DNA of 64,000 bases from Takakia lepidozioides (lineage: Eukaryota > Plantae > Bryophyta): assembly GCA_030704615.1 (NCBI GenBank), contig CM060734.1:35774001-35838000 (forward strand). The letters are read 5' to 3'. Under the pieces are notes generated by a model. That model was not told where the DNA came from. It did not search any database and saw nothing but the letters and a program-made list of their open reading frames with translations. Every line of letters starts with the position of its first letter. Position 1 is the first letter of the stretch. Both the position numbers and the translations under genes were made by a program. Of this stretch, positions 34,557 to 46,526 are shown piece by piece.

Positions 34557-37500
34557 ATGCCGAGCTCTGTGCCTGAGGCAGAGAAGGAGAGTACCCGCGC
34601 CATGAACAAGGAGGTGTTTAGGCTTTTGGTGAAGAACACTTTGGAGAGAAGGCTCTTCTACATACCGTCTTTCAAGATTTACGGTGGTGTGGCCGGGCTG
34701 TATGATTTGGGTCCATGGGGCTGTGCTGTGGAAACTAACGTCATCAACCTCTGGCGTCAGGTTTTCCATCTTCTTTATTACATTGGCTTGGTTGTGGTTG
34801 CAATTTTCAAGTGAATTTCCGTGGTAAAGCCCTGCTAACAATCGGCTTTTGCTTAATGTACGATGTGAAGAAGTTTGTCCATCCTGAAAATGTGGGCACT
34901 TGGCTCCTGTTAGTCATGATTTGATCATTTGAATAATATTTGCAACAGGAATGTATCAAAGTTTGTGAAATGTGGTGGAGGCATATCTTATCTTGAACTT
35001 GGAAAGATTGAATGGGTTGGTTCTGCAGCATTTTGTGCTGGAAGAGGATATGTGGGAGATAAAATGTCCGTCTGTGACTCCAGAGGCTGTGCTCAAGGCG
35101 TCAGGCCATGTGGACAAGTTCACAGACCTCATGGTGAAGGACGAAAAGACAGGAAATTGCTTTCGTGCTGACCATTTGCTCAAGGAATATCTTACTGAAG
35201 CTTTGGCAAAGGACGTGAAAATTACACCCGACAAGAAGAACGAGCTTCTCACAGATCTGGCTAGCCTTGATGAATTCTCTGGCCCCGAGCTTGGCGCAAA
35301 GATTAAGGCATATGGCATCAAGGCGCCAGAATCTGACAATGAGTTGTCTGAGCCTTACCCTTTCAATCTCATGTTCGCCACATCAATTGGCCCGTCGGGA
35401 CTTTTACCTGGGTACGGAGATCCACCCCCATCTTGGTCGTATTGGTGGTGTCCGTAGTTGTCATCCATTTATCAAAGCAAAGGTTTTCTATGGGCTCCAA
35501 AGAACGTTGTACAGCTAAAGGACATTATGAGTTTTAGAGCATGGGCTAATGTATTGTTTCGGAGAACTAATGCTTCAGGGTAGGTTCTGAAAATGGCGTG
35601 CATAACTTCTTGATTTGCCTGGACAATCCTTGTGGGCCACGTCAGTATTCCTCCTGGGTTCTGGGGCCTCACATATGGTAGCTTGGAAGGATTCTCTTTT
35701 GTGTGAAGTGGTGAGCATCTCAAGGTGATTTACAGTTTGTAATTTAGTGTTTCATACTGAGTTTTTGTCTTAAAGTATGAGAAACTACTTCACATGAACA
35801 GGTACATGCGGCCGGAGACAGCCCAGGGCATGTTTGTCAATTTCAGGGATTTATATTATGAGAGCGGGCAAAAGTTGCCCTTTGCTGTTGCTCAGATTGG
35901 CTCAGCATTTCGTAATGAGGTCATCTGTCTGATCTCTTTCTCAATCATGCATGGAGTTTGGTTTCATGCACTTACTGAATCAGGAGCTGTGTACAGCACT
36001 TACCCTGTTAATTTGCGTATATGTTTGGGAAGTGGGCTTATTGATAGGTTGTGATGGAGATGGGGTGAGCTAGGACTTCTGTCACACATTGATTCTGCTT
36101 CAGTGGTTTCACTCTGACTCTGCCAGAGTAGTAGCTGAAACATCCTTTTAGCCACGTGCACTGCAGTAAGACTTGATCTTGTGTATTCTTGCATAGAAAG
36201 GTTTTAACTTGGAGTTCGTGTCCAATTTTGCAAAGCAGATTGCACCGCGACAAGGCCCATTGAGAGTTAGAGAGTTCACAATGGCTGAGATTGAGCATTT
36301 TGTCAACCCTGATATCAAGTCACACCCAAAGTTCAAGGATGTGGCCAACTTGGAGTTTCTCTTGTTTCCTCGAGCACAACAATCAGCCTTGAAAGATCCT
36401 GTGAAAATGAGTATTGGTGATGCCGTTGCCAATGTATGCCCCTCCTCTTTTGTTTGAGTGTATGTTCAACACGTGTGTTACTGGTATTTGAGAGAGAGAG
36501 AGAGAGAGAGAGAGTATTTGAAAGAGATTCAACAGTCTCTGCCTGCCATGTATCCAACAATCCCATGCCCAGAGTGGACGGCAAAAAGTTGGAGAAGGGG
36601 AGATCAGGAAAACAAACAGTGTGCACTTCTATACTTCTCAAAACTCACTGAAGCAGTGGCATTTACCCAAACAAGTGGAACTGATTTGGGTGTCCAAGTT
36701 TTATCGACACACCTGGTGTTGGAGGAAGGAGAGAGAGAGAGAGAGAGAATGTACTCATAAGACGTTGTTTGCCGTAGCCTTGTGGCCATTGACCCCACGC
36801 CCAGTTTGAGCAGAAGAGAGAGAGAGAGAGAACTTTCTCTGTTTGTATTCTGGTGCAGTCCTTTTTCAGAGAGAGAAAGAAAGAAACCAAGGAGGTGCAA
36901 GAGAGAGAGAGTTTTCTTGCCGCAGCTTCTGTGGTCACATCCCTGGTGCTTGCTGTACTTGTAGGAGTAATGTGACATTTTGATGACTTCTATGTTACCA
37001 TGTACAGGGTACTGTGGATAATGAAACCCTCGGTTATTTCATTGCAAGAACCTATTTGTTCCTCACGAGCCTTGGGATTCACAAGGACCGCCTCCGTTTT
37101 CGCCAACATCAAGCCAATGAAATGGCTCACTATGCTCAAGACTGCTGGGATGCTGAGATTGAATGTTCGTATGGCTGGATTGAGTGCGTGGGTCTGGCGG
37201 ACCGCTCTGCCTACGACTTGAAGGCTCATACGGTGTGTACCTTGCTGCTGATGAGCTGTAGACCATGTCATTTCAATCTTTGCAATGGCCCCACAGATTT
37301 GCTCAGGATGCCCATTCAAAGAATTAAGCGTGCCATATGTTTTTGGGCTGGTCATTCCAGGGAAAGAGTGGCGTGGAGCTTGTTGCACATGAGAAATTTA
37401 CCGAACCCAAAGATATTGAGGTATTAGTGCTGCGCATCAAATTTCGAATTCAAACCCTGTATTTGGAAGTATTATCTGGATTATTGCATGGTGTGATAGC

Positions 37501-38454
37501 TAGGAGATTTTGTCTTGTTTTCTGACACCAGGAGTCTATGACGGTGGGTGGTGCAGAAATTGACAATTGTACCAAACAAGAAAGTACTCGGCAAAGTCTT
37601 CCGAAAAGATCAGCAAGTCATTGCTGGATCTCTAGAGGTGACCTTGACTTGAACCTCTTTGCTTACACATTGCATTTTTTGTTTGATTTTATTTGCAGTG
37701 TTCCTCTACAGCACCATCAAGGTGCCATCCAAGGCTTGACAATTGATGTTCACACCTCAAAACTAAGATACAAACTCTGTTTCTACCGCAGGCCATGAGT
37801 AAAGAGGAGGCATTGGCATTGAAAGGAGAGTTGGAAGAGAAGGAGAAAGCGACATACAAGGTCTGCACCACTGGCCAAGAGTTTGAACTAACAAAGGAGA
37901 TGGTGACCATATCAGTGCAAGTTGTGAAGCAGCATGGCCAGACTTTTACACCATCTGTTATTGAACCCTCATTTGGTGTGGGTCGCATCATCTATTGTGT
38001 ATATGAGCACTGCTTCTATCTGCGTCCTAGCAGTCCTGGCGAGCAGCAAACAAGTGTGTTTGGGTTTGTGCCCCTTGTAGCCCCTATCAAATGCACAGTT
38101 TTTCCTTTGCTTCAAAAAGAGGTGCTTAACACGAAAGTTAAACAGATTTCATTAGCTCTCACTCGAGCAGGGATCTCTAGTAAGGTGGACATCACAGGCC
38201 GCACAATTGGTAAGAAGTATGCACGGACTGATGAGGTGGGCATTCCTTTTGCTATAACGGTGGACTATGAGGAGGGTGTGACAGTTCGAGAGAGGGATTC
38301 CAGGACGCAAATTAGAGTGTCAGTTAATGAGGTCACCGGGGTGGTGGGGAACCTCATCAATGGTACCTCCACATGGGCAGAAATTATTGGCAGATATCAC
38401 GTAGTCACAGTTGCTGAGAATGACATTGTTACTGAAAATGAAACCAATGGTTAG
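34557..38454 (+). CDS. Glycyl-tRNA synthetase (eukaryotic alpha2 type), 8 exons, 642 aa
   Basis: Exons 34557-34760, 35029-35411, 35802-35919, 36239-36433, 37008-37232, 37361-37420, 37557-37637 and 37792-38454. Motifs [42 protein letters not shown] and [11 protein letters not shown]. Confidence 0.95.
34844..34923 (+). repeat. ~80-bp segment in GlyRS intron 1 homologous to the intron carried in the Pack-CACTA cargo
   Basis: cttaatgtacgatgtgaagaagtttgtccatcctg..aatgtggg...tggctcctgttagt.catgatttg also occurs at ~3374-3456, ~3817-3899 and (minus strand) ~43203-43268. Confidence 0.8.
36749..36812 (-). mobile_element. Very short LINE 3'-end copy 3 within (GA)n, GlyRS intron 4
   Basis: tgtactcataagacgttgtttgccgtagccttgtggccattgacccc flanked by (GA)n on both sides. 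Confidence 0.75.
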
Positions 38455-39599
38455 GTCACATTGGCATTGTGGTCAGGTATTACTGGGTGACAAATGCGTA
38501 GTATGACATTGTTATTGAGAATGACATTGATGGTTAGAGGATATCTATGCTAGGCATTATAAGGAGGTATCGTTTTGTTCTAGTTGCCAGGTGAGATATT
38601 ACAGGTTCTCTGTTTTTTGAGTTTTTCTTCACATTCTCCACCGTGGGGGATAATAGGATTCAGGTATGTGCTGGTTATGGCAAACGTGGGCATGCCATAT
38701 ATTAGAGTTGTCATGCCCTCGGTCCTTTAGATCACAAGGAGCCATGGTACATATGCGCTTATTACCCTGAATAGGCAATTATGGTATGTCCCAGGCTACT
38801 TCAGGTTGTAAACTATTTTCTTCTGCCGGACATTCTTGACTGGCTAACATTCAACTTTCCTGAGATCATAGCTCTCGCAGGCAGTTGCTGTCAATCATCA
38901 AATGCCTCAGTTTTTCAGTGCCTTAGCAGAGATTGTTCTATGGTCTTACAAGGTCTGCCTCCCTATGCGTGTGGTCAAGGGAAACAACAGTGACAGGGAC
39001 TACAGTAGAATATGATTCACACGTCCAACAGTCATGCTATGAATGTCATGCTCTGATTGTTGGTGGCAACAATGAACTCTTGTGTCTAGTGGAGTAAGCA
39101 CCAGAGCTGAAGAGTTTTATTGCGAGGACGTAATTGAAGGGCAGGTCTCTTCTCTTAGCCTGTGCACCCAAGGGGACAAGATTTATGTTTCACTAAAGAA
39201 AGTATATGCATAATCACTCTCCAGGTGTAACAGTCTTTCCAATCTCTTTGAATCTACTTGATTATCTTTTCACTCTCTATGAATCTAGTTTGAATGTCAA
39301 TCTTGTGTGGCTCATAAAAGAATAAAAAATAAAAAATAAAAAATCATATTATAGATAGTGGTCCTATACATGGTATCAAACCTTGACTCATAGTAGGTCG
39401 GAGACTTGTTTTCACTTATCTTTCCTTCATGCAATTGGGTGTGTTGCATGAGTGACAACATGTGAAGTTAACCCTTTGGTTGAAAATGGACATCACACCA
39501 ATCCCAATCTTCTTTGGTTCCTTACAGCCTTGTGTCCCTCCTACAGTTTGATCCAGGGAAGTGGATATGGAGAAACAAGCAACATGCCCTGATAAAGTC

Positions 39600-40580
39600 A
39601 AACTGGGCTATTCCTCACTGGTATCTCAATGGACTCTAAATGGTCTGAAAAATGGTCCCTTCGGCTGACTGGCCGACCACATGGAAAGCTATTTGGGGAG
39701 ACCTATGGAGGAAAGATCGTGCAACCGAAGTTAGTGGGTTCTTATGGAAGCTAGTTAATTGTATCCTACACGTGCTTGATTACTTAGCTGACACACCCTC
39801 AACCTGCAGGTCCCTGAGACATTGGAACATTGTTTCCTTATTTGCCTTGACACTGCAAAAACGTTCTTTCTTTTTACTCCCATTGGAAAGACTTCCTGCC
39901 TCCTGGTGCCCCATCTATTTTTCTTTTGATTTTTTTGCTGAATCCTTATGGTCTAATTGTCATATTTGGTCCACATTTAGAGCTCATCTGGAAAGCTCGT
40001 TGTGCATTCATCCATGATGGCAACTCGATTTGTGTGAGGTCCATTCTGTTTAAGATTCACTCAAACTTGATATCTGAGGCTCGGGCGGGTTTTGGGAGAA
40101 GCTCTTTGCAGATGTAGCCAAAGAAGAAGATCACAACTACTCGCTGAATTTGACAACACTTGGGGCAAGGGAGCTTGAATCTATTCCAGATACTCCGATA
40201 GCATTCACTGGTGTGACACCATCACACCAAGCTGGCAGTTCGCATAGTACAAGGTCTTCCCCTATGGAGGGTGAGGAACCTAAAGTTAATTGGAGACAAC
40301 GTACATCTTTTAGGAAAGGGAAATCAAAAGCCCATCTTTCCTTCGAACTCTACAGAAGAAAAATGGATATCTATTAGCATTACTATTTCCTTAAATTATC
40401 TTCTCCTCTTTTATCTTTATCCCTTTTTGAATCTTTGTTGAATTTAGGGTACGAATCAAAGCCTCTAGGGTACCCTCACAGCGATTATTTTTTCCTCTTT
40501 CTACTCTTGGGTCTTCTTTGTCCTCCTTGTTATACTAAAGCTCTACGGTATACACACCTTTTGTCAAAAAATAAAAAATA
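39600..40580 (+). mobile_element. Degenerate L1-type LINE 3' fragment
   Basis: zf-RVT-like WKAIWGDLW...FLWKLV and LIWKARC..I segments, a T-rich 3' UTR and an A-rich tail at ~40566-40580. Confidence 0.6.
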
Positions 40581-40892
40581 GAGCAAATGTGTGGGCAGGT
40601 AATCAACGCACATTCATGCAGGTCGTACAGCGATAATTAGTCCATGTGGCGCGTTACACCTCCTAGATCGTGCATTGCAGGTTTAGCCACATCCATACGA
40701 CAATGGATATCACACGAGGCACATCATAGTTTCTACAACCTTACCAGCATAAGGTCCTGCTACAGGCTCGGTATAGGGTAAGGTATGACACCCAATATGC
40801 CATACCTTACCTTGCGTAAAAAACTGGTGGTTCCCCGTGCGATTAGAGGAAAAATAGCTAATTTGGGGATCTTACGAGCGCAATGTCCCGCT

Positions 40893-41048
40893 CATACATA
40901 AAAACCGGTTGATTTTTTGCCCACATTTTATTGGGCAAGTAATTTGGGGCATAGTTTTGGTCGTTTTGGGAAACCCGTAGCAATAGGCGAGCGTGTGGTC
41001 CGCTATAGGACCAAAACGAAGGCAAAAAATCAACCGGTTTTACGTATG
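40893..41048. mobile_element. Small foldback/MITE-like element
   Basis: ~28-bp inverted repeats CATACATAAAAACCGGTTGATTTTTTGCC / GGCAAAAAATCAACCGGTTTTACGTATG. Only a 2-bp CT duplication flanks it. Confidence 0.55.
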
Positions 41049-42039
41049 CTAGATCAGCAGCGCCTGGTAGGATCAGCCTTAGGCAGCCTGTTCCCTGGCG
41101 TTAAGAGCTAAGGATCCCTATGTTTTCTATGTGTTCCCTTACGTTCCCTTGCGATCCATCAAGTTACATATATTCTATGGTTTTTTTATATCCACTAAGA
41201 TTAAGAATCCCAAATTATCACCCTAGGGCTGCCGATTCTGTGTGCCGAATTGGCATACCAAATTGGGAGCGGGGCACCCTAACTCCAATAGATGAGGTTG
41301 GGTAGCGCCGTGAGCATGCTCACTGCTCACATGAGCACAAGGGCATATTCCCCAATCCATGAAATTTTTGTGAAATTTCCTTCGCTAAACGAAATTGGCG
41401 AAACTAACCATTATGCGAAACTAACACATAAAGAACAAGTAGCCTATACCTGATGAACATGTTACCCTATAGGCGTGGTTTTTTCTCCATAACAGGCACG
41501 AGAGTGGGCAATGAGGCTTCACCTCAAATTTAAGGTCCTCACCCATGGATAATTTCGCATGGCGAAACCAGCCTGAGAAGAAATCACACTATAGCTAAAA
41601 GGACGAATAGATCACTTTTAAAGCCACCACCCATTCCTTTTGGATGTGGGATTGTTAGGTGATAGGATTTCTTATAGAAAGTTTCGTCTCAAGATATACC
41701 ACTAAGGGTTTCTCAATGCGAAACCTGCTTAGGTTTGTGCCCATATCATATATCATTTCTCAATGCGAAAATTCACTCGCCGCTATAGGTTTCGGGTTTC
41801 TGGCTATACTACTGAAAGTTTCGCCTCGCTGAATTGGCACAGATGTACCGTACAAATGCACCAATCCTCTATACCCGCTTATGGTTTTATTCCGTTTCGA
41901 AAACATATGACTCTTATGACTGAGATTAAAAAACATAAAACTCCCATGACCATGGGTTGTGCGTGCTCACGTTGTGCTCACAAGATACCAACCCCCCAAT
42001 AGATAATCCACTTGCAAAACAAGAGTGTCCACACGGTGT

Positions 42040-43550
42040 AAGGACAGTTGAACAGATTTTCTCCATTGATTTTTTTTTTACTGCTAGCAGCTGACAATGA
42101 CAGCCTAGAATTATTCCAACAAACACCCCAACCCTACTTATGACACTAGTTCATATGCTGACTTGCGTCTGCTTCCAACGAACATTCACCTTTTTGCCTC
42201 GATTGTTCCACCATTGACTGGGATCGAAAACGTATTCATTCCAGAGCTTCTCCTCGTCTCTGTTATCTGTCTTTCGAGACTTTCGTATTGCCACACTGCC
42301 AGTATCATGTCAAAATCACTCCAAAACCACCATAGATCCACCAACGAGCTAACTTGCAGAATTCAAGATGAAAATCTAGGGATGACTCTGATAACAGGGA
42401 AAAATAGGCTAAAATGTGTTGAAGAAGATGTCTTCATTAGCAGTGTCTTGTTCTATCAATTGTGTTGCTGCAAAGCTGCTATTTCCAGTTGACCATCTAC
42501 CCACACAGATTTCTTGTAACTATTGATCCACAGGGAATCATAAGTAATCTTGTGTTTGAAATCCAGCCCTCTTGGATGAATATGGACCTCTATCCCTGGT
42601 CCTTCAACTGTCCCTGCCTGTGTACAAATCATGAATACTTGCTGCTATCAGCTGACACCGACGGCATGAAGTTCTTCCAGCAAACACCCCAACCCTACTT
42701 ATTACAGTAGTTCCAATTCTGGATTGCATCTGCTTCTCTCTATAGTCCAACAGACATTCACCTTTTTGTCTCCATTGTCCCACCATTGACTGGGGTTGGA
42801 AAAATGTTCATTCCAAAGCTTCTCTTCATCTCTATTATCTATTTTCGGATACTTTCCTGTTGCCACATCGGTAGTAGTTTGTCAATGTCAGTCCAAACCA
42901 CCACAGATCCACCCAACGAGCTAAATTCAATATGCATCTCAGGGCCGAATCTGATGAGAGGGAAAAACAGGCTAAAATAGGTTGACGAAGAAGGTGCCCT
43001 CACCACATTGTCGTTGACCTTGTGTCATGACCAATGGAGACCATCAACCCAAAATGACCTTTTGTGTGTGATGCTTGTGTGTAGTCAGATAATGTCGGAT
43101 TGGTCTGTGAAAACCACCACGGTGCAGCTAAGCAGACAGAGATTGAAACATAGCCTGGTAAGACCAAGCTGACTCTTCCAAGAACCTTATGAAGAATACC
43201 CAAATCATGGTACTAACATGAGCCAAGAGCCCACATTTGCAAGATGGACACAATTCTTCACATCGTACAATCTCCAATGCCTCCATCCCACATCTAGCTG
43301 GGCAAACCCTGCGAACATCACATTCCAGGAGACTAAATTTCGCTCAGCCATACTGTTGAACACTCCTTTGCATCCTTTATGCTCCCACATTTGGCATACA
43401 TGCCCAGAAGAGTAGTGTCCAGAATGATAGTTGGCACGATTCCAGCTTTCAATGGCAGCATGGACCTCTATGGAGCTTGAAATCCGACCCTCTTGGATAT
43501 TGAATCTGAATGTATTCATTCCAGAGCTTCTCATCGTCTCTATTATCTGT
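42040..43550 (-). pseudogene. Second scrambled PDF-motif/PPR remnant homologous to the Pack-CACTA cargo
   Basis: KLWNEYVFDPSQWWNNRGKK, TNPTLSDY, YPRGSDFKL and PPR GVFNSMAERNLVSWNVM. Nucleotide homology to 3820-4540 and 5620-6560. Confidence 0.75.
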
Positions 43551-44231
43551 GAAAAAGGTTGTGCAACATCCACCATGTAGGATCTCTCTCTCATATCGGT
43601 GTGTGCACCCCTCCTCGCTCAAGCACGCCAAGAAGTCTAAGAAGTTCAAGAACCGGGCAATGCGGGCAAGTTTCAAAAAACTTGGCGCCACAAGTTCTTT
43701 TGGGTTTCTGGGGCGAGCATTTCAGCAGGTTCCAAAGAATTTGATAACGATGACATGGCGACGAAACGTGGCGATGATGACGTGGAGACAAAACGTGGCG
43801 ATGATGACGTGGTGATGATGATGTGGCGATGATGACAAGGCATTATGGCACCCTATTCCCGCTCTACGCTAAACTAGCTTCCGACCTTGGGTCGTCGCTA
43901 GGCCCTATGGATATTTGTAATCTAGGATTAGCCTCAAGAGAGGCTTGTCCCTACAGGAAGCCACTCATTAATGGCAATAATAAAGCCTTATGCCATTTAA
44001 TGCAGTCAACAGCCCCACTATCGGGCGTCGTGCCCTTGCTCGCCATACTCCTCACCATGCCCCATGCTACATGCTCCATAGCATGTTTGTTATCCATGGA
44101 TGAATTTGGGGATGAATTTAGGATGGATGAGGTTATGATCTTTTAGGGCGGCGGCTGGTTGAGGGTTTTGTTTGTTTGGGGGCTTAGTGAGTTCTTTGCA
44201 AAGTAGGTGAGTTCCTTTTATTATGTTTGCA

Positions 44232-46526
44232 TTTAACTCCCACTATACTGACGGCTCTCTTACCAAACCTAATGCCGGTTATGGCGTATACCACGCCACC
44301 AACCGAGGCACTGCCCTTAGACTTCCTGGTCCTGCCACTATATTGCGTGTTGAACTCATGGCCATATTTAAAGCACTTTCCCTACTAGACTATATCTTTA
44401 CATACAACCTTACCTCACTCTTTCTCATCCGGAACCACATTTCCCGCCCCTCCTCCCACCACCATCACCCAGACCGCAACCTCATTATAGCCATTGTCAA
44501 CCTCGTTATTTCCAAAGGACACCCCGTCCATCTTCTCAAGGTTCGCTCACACACTGGCATACAGGGTAATGAGGCAACGGACTTGCTTGCTCAAACAGGC
44601 GCCTCTAAACCCCCAGTGGTACCCACAGATGACCCTATTCACATTGCGCATACCCACCCTTTCTGGCTCATATACCCTATCCCAGACCCCCCTGCGCCCC
44701 GACCTATCCGCAACCTCCGGGAAAACCCTCACCCGCGAAGCTAACAAACAAGCTGCAACATCTATTTGCCACACCAAAATACACATCCAAAAATGGACTC
44801 AGTCCACAGTGCTCCATCATAAGCTATCAAACTATTTTTGGCATACCAAAGCCACTACTGATGCACAAATTCGACACACACTCAAATTTAGGTACGCCCA
44901 ATACATGGGCCACCAGCGTAAATACATCTTTTGGCCGCATCTCTTCCCATCCCCATACTGCCCCCTATGCTCAAATACCCACCACGAACGTGCCACCTGG
45001 TCTCACCTCCTCAGTCAATGTACCCATCCGATCATTCACGGCCTTCATTTCACTCGCCACAATCATGCAGTCTGGCACCTCCATAAACCATTTCTAAGCC
45101 GTTCTGAAACCAAGTGGTTCTCACTCATTAACGCCGGTACCCACCAAGGCCAGCCTCCAGACCATACTGTACCAGCATGGTTGCTCCTTTGTATATGTAC
45201 CCAAACACCATGCACCTGCCCCGCTAGACTTTGTCCGGATATTCTATTGGTTTTAGGCCTACCCATTAACACCCCGCCACCCACCACACCATCCCAATAG
45301 TTCACCATCCACTTCATTGAATTTACATACTGTCATGGTCGATATGTCGCGCACATCACTTCGGCAAGCTCCCCCCTCAAGTCATAGTTACTCGCTTTGA
45401 TGCGCGCGCCTGACTCCCAACCTGGCCGCCGGGCCAACTTGGAGCTTCGGCTGCTCACCGGGGCATAACTGTCCCCCTTTGTTCTCCCAAAGAACCCTCC
45501 ACCTATTTGGAACCAGCGGGAATTCCCTTTGGTAGTTGGCAGTCCGGAACAACTCCCCACTCTTTGGTCGCTTTCCGGCTCGCTCGCTTACTCACTAGTT
45601 TTTGGTCACCAACGGGCTTGCACCGTTCTCGGGGTTACTACTCCCTATATATACTTCTGTAGCTGTCCGCGGGGGTTTCACAACCAGCCATGCCATTTTA
45701 TGGCGAACCGCCACGAAGACCCTCGATTCCCGGTGGTGAGTCGCGGTGAGTCTTGGCCCACTCACCGCGGCCCCAATGGACCGTGATGAGTCCCAAGACT
45801 CCCCACGACTCCCACCTCGAGGTCTCCACCCCATGGTGAGTCCTATGCCACCCCCACTAAGTCCCGCTAAGCTACCACCACCCCTTGTGGAGCCACCCCC
45901 ACCGCAACCCGGTGTGCGGGGCTCCACCTAGTGAGCGCCTCCGCCTCCTTGAGTGTCTTGGGCACTCAAGGGTGCTTCAGCCCCCCCATACCTATCGCTG
46001 CCGCTGCCCCCACCACAGGGGCAGCCCCTCATGTGTCCCGACCCCCTGCCCTCAAGGCAAAGGGCCACGACACGATACCCCAACGACTCTATTTTGGAAA
46101 AACGGCAGAAATATGCCCTGCTCATCCTTGCAATCTGCAAGACAAGGTTGGAACACTGGCCCACTAACCGTCATCACTGCCGGAACTAGAGGTGACATTC
46201 ACAATTCCAGTATCGATGCTATACATAACAACTTCAAAATCCATCCTCCCTATCCATAAATGTTTCAAAGCAATCCATCTCACGGCGCTTCGTTCCCTCA
46301 CTGCTATCATCACCAACAAACGCCAACTGGAATCCAGCTCTAATATGGTCCCCTAGATACCCAGGGTACCCCTGGGTACCACTACCACATCTATTCCTAC
46401 GGTCACCTGGTGTCCTCCAGGACACCTGTATTTCTTATAGGGCCCATCCCTGAAAGGGGGCAGTAGCCGCAAGGTGAAGTGGCTCTTAGTTACGCCGGCT
46501 TCGGCCGGAGTCTTCTTTCTCTCTCT
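44232..46526 (+). mobile_element. 5'-truncated non-LTR retrotransposon with RNase H + CCHC + restriction-like endonuclease (RandI/Dualen-like), split by a solo LTR
   Basis: RNase H YTDGS..VELMAI..KVRSHTGIQGNEATDLLA; CPLC...WSHLLSQC; RHNHAV; PDILL; IHFIEFTYCH; after the LTR, KRQKY...VITAGTRGDIH. Confidence 0.75.
45345..46072 (-). mobile_element. Solo LTR of the chromovirus family
   Basis: Homologous to 16355-17075; TG...CA ends; TSD CGATA (45340-45344, 46073-46077). Confidence 0.95.

Noticed and set aside
41330-41900. Cluster of GCGAAA/TTTCGC motifs suggestive of DNA-transposon subterminal repeats
   Set aside because: No TIR or TSD could be defined.
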